A DNA stretch of 64,000 nucleotides from Eledone cirrhosa (lineage: Eukaryota), in assembly GCA_964016885.1 (NCBI GenBank), contig OZ024742.1:15996001-16060000 (forward strand), given 5' to 3'. A program made the translations under genes and the position numbers. The notes under the pieces were generated by a model. That model worked only from the letters and a program-made list of their open reading frames with translations. It was not told the DNA's origin and searched no databases. Shown piece after piece: positions 56,010 through 64,000 of this stretch; position 1 is the stretch's first letter; each line of letters opens with the position of its first letter.

Positions 56010-56078
<69 letters not shown>

Positions 56079-56186
56079 TATATGTATACATATATATATA
56101 TGTATACATTGTTCGTGTAAATATTGATAGACAGACAGAAAAGAGTCAAAGCAAGGGAAACTATTTATGAAAACATCGATGGTTCT
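55805..56186. repeat. Dispersed repeat (partner of 52572-52768) with a local ~80-bp duplication
   Basis: acattgttcgtgtaaatattgatagacagac at 55921 and 56106. Confidence 0.7.
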
Positions 56187-56192
56187 ATATAT

Positions 56193-56224
<32 letters not shown>

Positions 56225-56225
56225 T

Positions 56226-56262
<37 letters not shown>

Positions 56263-56298
56263 ATAAATTTATATATACATATATATATATATGTATAC

Positions 56299-56381
<83 letters not shown>

Positions 56382-56528
56382 AATATATACAGATATATAT
56401 ATATATATGTATATACAAATATATACAAATATATATGTATACATATATATATATATATGTATATATATATATTTCGTTTTTGAATTTGTTTAGCAAGATT
56501 CTTTATCTGAAATCGTGTTTTGAAACCG

Positions 56529-56825
56529 ATATTGTTATACTTTGGGAGGGTCATGTTGCCAATAATGGCGTAGGATAGAAGAAAGGAAAGGCACAGAAAC
56601 AAAGAAAGGAATCCCCAGTCACTGAAGAGGTCACAGAGTGTGACGAAAGGACTATGACTATATATAAACAACTATCTGGTTGTGGAACCAACCAACCAAC
56701 CAGAAATTTATAAGTTTGTGGATTTGTAAATTTATAAATTTATAAATATATAATAAATTGAAGTGAAAGCAACTGGTGCGTGTGTTTCTTATTGGCAACA
56801 TGACCCTCCCAAAGTATAACAATAT
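56529..56825 (+). mobile_element. Solo Penelope pLTR (family H) with a short inverted tip
   Basis: 56563-56825 is the reverse complement of 61531-61794. 56529-56564 is the reverse complement of 56790-56825. Confidence 0.8.
56617..56659 (+). ncRNA. Hammerhead ribozyme, family H
   Basis: agtca-CTGAAGA-g-gtcaca-gag-tgtgac-GAA-AGGACT-A-tgact: 5-bp helix I, imperfect helix III palindrome, CUA site at 56654. Confidence 0.75.
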
Positions 56826-56984
56826 ATATATACATATATATATATAAAGATTTACATATACACAAACTAAACAAAGTCACAGATATATATGTTTTGGCAA
56901 CCATTTACGATGTGGCTCAATGAAGAATTCATAAATTAAATAATCATATTCCTGACAAGTTCGAAACTCGATATTTAATCCTTA

Positions 56985-57318
56985 ATAGGATATCTCAAAA
57001 CGCGAACGAAATCCGAGGGTAGAGACACAATCCTGGTAAGAGTGTACGCATTTCTTCTAACTCCAATTTTATACCTAATTGTGTATGGTTGACGATATAT
57101 TTAGTCGATTCCCACGTGCTGTTGAAATGTTGGGTACATATTCTATTGCGGTCGGCCGCGAAGAGGCTGCTGTCGTTTATTTATCAAATATTTCTTCATA
57201 GGAGCCTTTTATTCTTATAGCCTGGTCTAATTGAATTTTTATGTGGTTAATTATGCTAATTGGGAGAGGAAATGGTGTATATATTTTATCAGATGATTCT
57301 ATGGACATACTTGATGAT
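56985..57318. repeat. Dispersed repeat homologous to 12700-13028
   Basis: Shared blocks catttcttctaa, gccgcgaagaggct, tttcttcataggagccttt and gaggaaatggt. Confidence 0.7.
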
Positions 57319-57368
57319 ACATATATATATATATATATATATACATATATATACATATATATATATAC

Positions 57369-57439
57369 AGGAAAAAGTATGACCCCGACGGCAGAGCTCA
57401 ACAGTTTGAGCTCTGCCGTCGAATGTCATACTTTTTCCT
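57369..57439. repeat. Near-perfect 71-nt hairpin
   Basis: aggaaaaagtatgac-cc-cgacggcagagctcaa-cagt-ttgagctctgccgtcg-aat-gtcatactttttcct. The left arm also occurs at 16607-16640. Confidence 0.85.
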
Positions 57440-57525
57440 ATTTCCCACTCTACTACCCTAAGTATTGAGTACTCTGGTGCGTTATGGTCCATCTGGTTCC
57501 TTAACACAATTCCTTCGTTATATAT

Positions 57526-57600
<75 letters not shown>

Positions 57601-57603
<3 letters not shown>

Positions 57604-57823
57604 GGAAAAAATGAAACGAAATTTCATTTCCCACTCTTAGTACGGCTGTTACTTAAATATAAGTATGTACACGTACATACATATATGTATACAGACATAC
57701 AGTAGTATGTATACATATATACATACATATATATACATATATATATGTACATATGTGGGCATGTATGTATATATACATACTACTGTATGTCTGTATACAT
57801 ATATGTATGTACGTGTACATACT

Positions 57824-57827
<4 letters not shown>
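57601..57827. mobile_element. Family B terminal fragment with an inverted tip (no HHR retained)
   Basis: Matches 1551-1665; ~57775-57827 is inverted relative to ~57658-57710. Confidence 0.7.
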
Positions 57828-57866
<39 letters not shown>

Positions 57867-58274
57867 TTATATATATATATACACGTCTGTATGTATGTGT
57901 GTATGTTGGTGTGTCTGAAGGTTTATAGTTGTGTAGATTTCATTTGTATTCGTGTAATATATTATGATTCTTCATGTCGATTTTTCCGCCTAATAAATGA
58001 TGACAAGAATTTGACAAGAACAACACCACCAACACCGCCTCCATTTCAACGACGACAATACCCTCCAAGTCATCAATTAGTATATTGAATAAATTGTGCC
58101 TGAATATATTGTTGTATAGAAATCTGTTGTCTTTAAATAGACTTCACTTGTATATTCCTGTGTATTCTGATATTTGTGTATTCTTAGAATACAAAAAACA
58201 ATAAATTCCACTCACTATATTGACATATCACATGCTGGAACTCACAATGGCCCGCTCCCTAGACACACACACAC

Positions 58275-58305
<31 letters not shown>

Positions 58306-58406
58306 TGTATGTATGTATGTATGTATGTATGTATGTATGTATGTATGTATGATGTATGTATGTATGTATGTATGTATGTATGTATGTATGTATGTATGTA
58401 TGTATG

Positions 58407-60032
58407 TTCTTCTGGTTTTATAATTTCACAAAGTTTTACCAATAGAGAGAGTCGGTTTCTAACATAGACACAAGACTCTCTCATTGGAATTTACACAACA
58501 TCAACTAGGTAGATTATGTTTGTATGCATGCATGTGTAGATATGGATGTTATTGTATGTGTGGATGTGGATGTTTTGAGTTGTATGTGTGCATGTGTATA
58601 TACTTTGTATCTGTACATGTGTATATGCAGTTATTAGATGCAACATTTTTGGAATGTTTTACATATTTTTACTGTTCCATTAATGGATTGTACTTGTAAT
58701 TTCCTAACTAGTTTTGTTCTTTCTGTTCCTGTGAAGCCTAGCTTCTCAAGATTTGTATTGAGGCAGTTACTAACATACCCCAGTGCCCCAATAATCACAG
58801 GCATAAATCTGAAGGTGTAATCAGGGTGGAGTATCTGCAGATTTCTCATCACTTCTGCATAAATATTCTCCTTTTCGCTAATCTTTGATATTATATTGGC
58901 ATCTGCTGGGCAGCTAACTTCCACTACTGTGCATGCTTTCTTCTCCCTGTCCCATAACATAATATCTGGTCTGTTATGCCTGCATTTTATTGCGGTTTTT
59001 ACTGTAACATTCCACCAGTACTCTTTCTTATTATGTACATGGATGTCTTCCACATTGCTGTAGCTTTTAATGTGTTTATTATCGGGGCTATTGTTTTACG
59101 AACTGCATTGTAGAGTGTTTTGACCACTACATCATGCCTCATAGGTAGATAGTACTGCGATGACATCTTTGGACAGCTGCTGATGACATGGGTGATATCC
59201 TCGACGTTAGTTCTGCAGAGTCTGCACTTGTTATCACATCTAGGTGTTTTGCCTGCATCCCTATCTCTTTTGTGAATCAGGTATTTCGTGTTAATCTTCT
59301 GTCCTTGGATTGCAAAAGCGTATCCTTCAAAGTGGGAGCCAATATAGCGGTTATTGGTCCAAGATAGACTACTTTACTTATCTCTATTACTCTCACTCTG
59401 GAGCTTCCTGGCAACATATCCATGCATGATTTTTTGCTGATAAGTATGCAGTTTTTCATCCATGGATTCACTGCGATACTGCTGAGCGACTTCCCTGGGT
59501 GTGAGTTTTTGATTATCACACAGGGAATATTTCTCGAGGAGTTCCTTCCCAACTCTCATGATCTTATCTGTTTCATGCAGATAGACTTACTCGAGAGACG
59601 GGATCCTACGCTTCGAGGTTCGTAGATGTTGTCGGAGAGATATGATGCGACATTCAAATGTTGTCTGGACTGATGTTAGGCCTCTGCCTCCGTGCTTACG
59701 TTTCAAGTAAAGGCGGTATATGTCACTGTTGATGTGGAAGTTTCCGGTATTGTTTAGTATTTTTTGAGTTCCAACATCAACATCTGTCTGGGACTTTAGC
59801 AAGTTGGAGGGCCTCTATCATCCAAGAGTGGGGAACAGAATCGAAAGCTTTCCTGTAGTCCAGCCAGACTGTAGCCATATTCCTCCTAAGTTGTCGCACC
59901 TCCGATATCGCAGTTTTGTTGTTCAGCACATCCCCAAACCCCTTTCTTTCCAGTTGCTTGTTCATCTGTGATGATGTTATAATTTTCACAGTGATCTTGG
60001 AGGAAAAGGTTCAGACAGGTTGTATACATCTT
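58407..60032 (-). mobile_element. R4/Dong-type RLE retrotransposon, truncated, with an internal deletion
   Basis: RPD/EVSCP (58634-59053), CRLC knuckle, WLDYRKAFDSVPH. Lacks about 670 bp relative to 7366-9778 at ~59780. (TATG)n at both ends. Confidence 0.9.
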
Positions 60033-60110
60033 ATGTATGTATGTATGTATGTATGTATGTATGTATGTATGTATGTATGTATGTATGTATGTATGTATGT
60101 ATGTATGTAT

Positions 60111-60717
60111 GTCAGGTCACTAGTTGGTGCTACTGGTAACATGTATTCCAGTACAACCTGTCCCATGGTCGGGTTGTTGGCGACTAAACTGGCAACCCCA
60201 CCAAGGTTTCTTGGTGAGGAGGGTGACTTTGGACATCCTGCAGGACTAAAAACAAAACCTGTCAAAGGGCAAACGAGCTCTTAATAGTCAATGGCCATCC
60301 AAAATCACCGGGAGAGATGACCCCTTAGCCTTTGTCAAGGCAGAATTCTAGGAGAAGGAAAACTCTGATATAACACCTGCAACCCTGATGGTATCCAATG
60401 ATATTGACTTGTTCTTCTTTTTGGTAAATATCATCTTGGTTAAGAGAGTGGGACTGGCTTTGTGCAGTGCCTTTGCTCACTATAAAAGCTTCACGACAAA
60501 GGCATTGCTTTATATCTGGAGATCTCTCGGCACTTGTCATCACATGGTACCATGGGCCTGGCACTATGTGTCAATAATTATCACAAGTGTAGTGTTTGTA
60601 CAGAGTTTTCAAGTCGCTAACTGGACTAAAAAGTCACACTCGTTCAGCGCATCGGTAGGGGTTCTCCTACATGGATATAAAGTAGTGGCCGTACTCGAAA
60701 ACGAGTTGGCAGCCACC
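60111..60717. mobile_element. Family S non-coding element bounded by (TATG)n
   Basis: Near-identical to 6701-7298. Confidence 0.8.
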
Positions 60718-60806
60718 ATGTATGTATGTATGTACGTATGTATGTATGTATGTATGTATGTATGTATGTATGTATGTATGTATGTATGTATGTATGTATG
60801 TATGTA

Positions 60807-61284
60807 TTTTATCTCTTTCTCTTAATTTCGAGTATATTTTTTTGACCGGCCAGCCTCCTGGTGGCAAGGTTGTAAAAGAAAAGAAATTGTCATCCCTTGA
60901 ATCGCAAGAATATTTTGTAAATTTTGAAGGTGCCAGCAATCGCAGTATACTATGAATTAGGGACCTGCGCTCTTTGTCCGCAAATCCAAGTTCAGTCATA
61001 CTTTGGTCCAAGCGGGTTGGTATATAACCCGTAGCTCCAATAATGATGGGTATGAAGCTAAAGGTGTATCTTGGATACTGGATTTGTAAACTCCTCATCA
61101 ATGGTCCGTAGATGTACTCCTTCTCTGTATTTTTCTGACAACGTTTACATCAAGTGGGCAGCTGATCTCCACAACAGAACACGTTTTCAATGTGTGGTCC
61201 CAAACAACAATATCAGGCCGGTTGTGCTTTAATTTGGTGGCAGTTTTTATTTTCAGATTCCACCAGCATGCCTTAGTGCCATCT
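60807..61284 (-). mobile_element. Second RLE-family LINE 3' fragment
   Basis: Minus strand encodes WWNLKIKTATKLKHNRPDIVVWD..CSVVEISCP and FIPIIIGATG; (TATG)n at both ends. Confidence 0.85.
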
Positions 61285-61364
61285 GTATGTATGTATGTAT
61301 GTATGTATGTATGTATGTATGTATGTATGTATGTATGTATGTATGTATGTATGTATGTGTGTAT

Positions 61365-61480
61365 GTTCTTCTGGTTTTATAATTTCACAAATTTATTCCC
61401 AATAGAGAGAGTCGGTTTCTAACATAGACACAAGACTCTCTGATTGGAATTTACACAACATTAACTAGGTAAATATGTCT
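61365..61480 (-). mobile_element. R4/Dong-type 3' UTR tip
   Basis: ttcttctggttttataatttcacaa...actaggta, as at 7366 and 58407. Confidence 0.8.
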
Positions 61481-61696
61481 GCATGTCTGCATGCGTGCGT
61501 GTGTATGAGTATATATATATATATATATATATATTGTTATACTTTGGGAGGGTCATGTTGCCAATAAGAAACACACGCACCAGTTGCTTTCACTTCAATT
61601 TATTATATATTTATAAATTTATAAATTTACAAATCTACAAACTTATAAATTTCTGGTTGGTTGGTTGGTTCCACAACCAGATAGTTGTTTATATAT

Positions 61697-61741
61697 AGTC
61701 ATAGTCCTTTCGTCACACACTCTGTGACCTCTTCAGTGACT
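61697..61741 (-). ncRNA. Hammerhead ribozyme, family H, in the PLE pLTR
   Basis: Minus strand reads agtca-CTGAAGA-g-gtcaca-gagtg-tgtgac-GAA-AGGACT-A-tgact, about 205 nt downstream of the GIY-YIG stop. Confidence 0.8.
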
Positions 61742-61945
61742 GGGGATTCCTTTCTTTGTTTCTGTGCCTTTCCTTTCTTCTGTCCTACGCCATTTTGTTT
61801 CTGTGTGTGTGTTGTGTGCTCAGTTTGCGCATGCGCCACATCCGGGTGTCTGTGTGTGTTTGTGTTCATTTATCTATTTGTTTATTTATTTACATGTTGT
61901 TGGTTGGTTGTTTGTTCTATGTGTGTGTGTGTTTTCATTTTGTCC

Positions 61946-62428
61946 TTAATTGTAAGTTGTGATGTTGCTGTTCCACTCAAATTTTCTATTTAATTTTGGT
62001 TGTAATTCTTTTATGCTTACTGCCTCTGTAATTTGCCTAAACATTGCATCTTTTCTGTGTGTGGATTCTATTTTTATTTCTATGTTCTCTAATTTACCCT
62101 TGTGTTCTATCTTAGCATGTTGGTAGAGTACAGATGATTCTTTATTATCTTGAAGGTCTCGCCAGTGTTCATTTATCCGTTCCCCTATACTACGAGCTGT
62201 CTCACCTATGTACACTATATTTTTGTTTCTACATTGTCCTTCGGTACATCTTATGCTATACACTACATTTCTAGTTTTACAGTTAATATGGGGGCTTATT
62301 TTACAGGTTATACATTTCTTATCTATACATGAGGGGCTTTGGAATGGGTATGTCTTGCTAATAAGTGTTTTTACGGAGGTACCTGGTCTTTCTACTATCT
62401 TAATATTGTTGTAATAATATTGCCAGAA
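61946..62428 (-). pseudogene. PLE GIY-YIG endonuclease domain, 5'-truncated, no RT
   Basis: The frame is open upstream of the listed ORF: KIVERPG..CIDKKCITC..NCKTRNVVYSIRC..YIGETARSIGERINEH..HA..EH..EAVSI..P.LN. Confidence 0.9.
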
Positions 62429-62480
62429 TTAATAACAGAACACACTCACTGTTTGGTTGGTTTTCGCTTCTGTATCTTTT

Positions 62481-62917
62481 ATATCAGTTAATTTATTCGG
62501 TCCTCAATGTTTACCATTGACTGACCAACGGTCAAAAATACAGATATAATATAGACACAAACACATATATATAGTCTAAAAAAGTTCTTTCGTTGCACTG
62601 CTGCAACATCGTCAGTGGTGCTATTACGTTTCCTTCTGTTGTATTGTATGTCTACGCCATCTTTATTTAATCTGTTTATTTATTTATTTATTTATTTATT
62701 TATATATTTTTGTCTTCTTCTCTGAGCATGCGTTTGCGTGTGTGTATAGTGTTTGATGTGTGTACGTGTTTGCGTGACTGTGTTTTGGTTATTGTATTCT
62801 ATCTTAGTTTACTAGTGTGTGTTTATATGTGTTTGTTGTTATTGTGCGTGTGTATATATTTATTTATTTATTTATTTATAATGGTAAACATTGAGGACCG
62901 AATAAATTAACTGATAT
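62481..62917 (-). mobile_element. pLTR-like segment with 38-bp inverted ends and a degenerate HHR-like motif
   Basis: 62481-62518 is the reverse complement of 62880-62917. Minus strand reads CTGACGA-t-gttgca-gcag-tgcaac-GAAAGAACT at 62615-62583, but helix I does not pair. Confidence 0.5.
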
Positions 62918-62925
62918 AAATATAT

Positions 62926-63235
62926 ATCTATATATCTTATATATAAAGTGAAGTTGGGCGTTGTTTGGTGTACCGAACTTGCATGCTACACCGTTCATCC
63001 AATTTTCATGAAACCTCACACATATATAAAACTCAACGCGTAGAGTGGAATAGGCTACTTGAAAATTTCGAAAAATCGATAATCGGGACCCCAGAAGCCA
63101 AAAATCGATAGTTTCAAAAATCGATGAAACTCGACGCATGTGTGTATTTTGATCCGGGGATAAACGTGCGCTACATTAAATTTTCGAAAAATCGATAATT
63201 GGATCACCAGAGGCAAAAATCAGGACAACTCTAAC
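62926..63235 (+). mobile_element. Possible non-autonomous Helitron/Helentron-like 5' portion
   Basis: tctatatat..tataaag start, ccgttcatccaattttcatgaaa and gagtggaataggctac resemble such elements (from memory only); repeated ttcgaaaaatcgataa. Confidence 0.35.
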
Positions 63236-63444
63236 TTACTCTCTTCCCTCCCTTCCACCTCACTGGCGCAGCCACACCTCCTGCCTGCTGATAAAATACA
63301 TAGATAGATTAACACACACATATATAGTTATGTATATACTCTCTTTCCCTCTCTTCCACCTCACTGGCGCAGCCAAAACCTCCTGCCTGCTGATAAAATA
63401 CATACATAGATAAACACACACATATATAGTTATGTATATATGTA

Positions 63445-63485
<41 letters not shown>

Positions 63486-63511
63486 ATATATATGTGTGTA
63501 TGTATATACAT

Positions 63512-64000
63512 GTCGTCCCACTGCATCGTCATGCCTCACCATGTCGCATCCATGCTCTGTCAGCCACCATGCCCTCCCGTTCCCTCTCCAATACCCGCAC
63601 GACTTGGTCCTTCACGAGTGCCATGGTTCACCATGCGGAATCCCTGCAACCGTCAATCCCGGCCATCTCCCTTCCCTGCACGCCGTCGTCCCACTGCATC
63701 GTCATGCATCACCATGCCGCATCAATGCTCTGTCAGCCGCTATCCCCTCCTTGGCTCTTTCTTTTTCCTGCCCGCAGTGCTCCTTCAAGACTACCATGGA
63801 TCACCATGCGGCATCCTTGCCACCGTCCACTCCTGCCCTCTTCCTTGCCTGCTGGCCGTCGCCCCACTACATCTTCATGCCTCAGGATGCCGCCTCCATG
63901 CACTGTCAGCCACCATCCCATCCTCGGCCCTTTCTTTTGCCTGACCGCCGTGCTCCTTCAAGACTCCCATGGCTATCTATGCCGCATCAATTCCTTGCCA
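63512..64000. repeat. Degenerate C-rich ~173-bp tandem repeat, runs off the right edge
   Basis: gtcg(t/c)cccact(g/a)catc(g/t)tcatgc at 63512, 63685 and 63858. Confidence 0.75.

Larger units (their letters stand above)
61531..62428 (-). mobile_element. Penelope-like element 3' fragment: Cys-rich linker, GIY-YIG endonuclease, pLTR with HHR
   Basis: Coding fragment followed on the same strand by a non-coding tail with an HHR, ending in (TA)n. Confidence 0.9.

Noticed and set aside
62575-62620. A ninth functional hammerhead family
   Set aside because: Core and helix II are present but helix I cannot pair, so it is kept only as a degenerate relic.
63432-63944. 170-aa Pro/Cys-rich ORF
   Set aside because: It starts in a microsatellite and spans a degenerate 173-bp repeat whose period is not a multiple of 3.

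Overview
Gene-free, AT-rich eukaryotic (animal) DNA. The SINE type and microsatellite load suggest a cephalopod such as octopus, but that is inference. About half the window (20468-51337) is a 46-bp satellite of about 670 copies with internal higher-order blocks. The flanks are a patchwork of microsatellites and decayed transposons: CR1-like, L1/Tx1, RTE and R4/Dong-type (RLE) LINE fragments, a tRNA/Nin-type SINE, hAT MITEs, a DD37D (maT) transposon and a Penelope GIY-YIG fragment. The most notable signal is invisible in the ORF track. Reading both strands by eye gives 15 type I hammerhead ribozyme (HHR) motifs in 8 sequence families (13 with complete core and helix I, 2 damaged), plus truncated relics. 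Each has CUGANGA, helix II, GAAA, a palindromic or near-palindromic helix III, NUH and helix I. Most sit in non-coding repeats (measurable monomers 310-531 bp) arranged as tandem and inverted copies inside (TA)n tracts, and one lies directly downstream of the Penelope endonuclease. This looks like a diverse Penelope pLTR / retrozyme-like system. Almost all ORFs in the track are microsatellite translations, and no host gene is supported. All structures were folded by hand and no database search was run.
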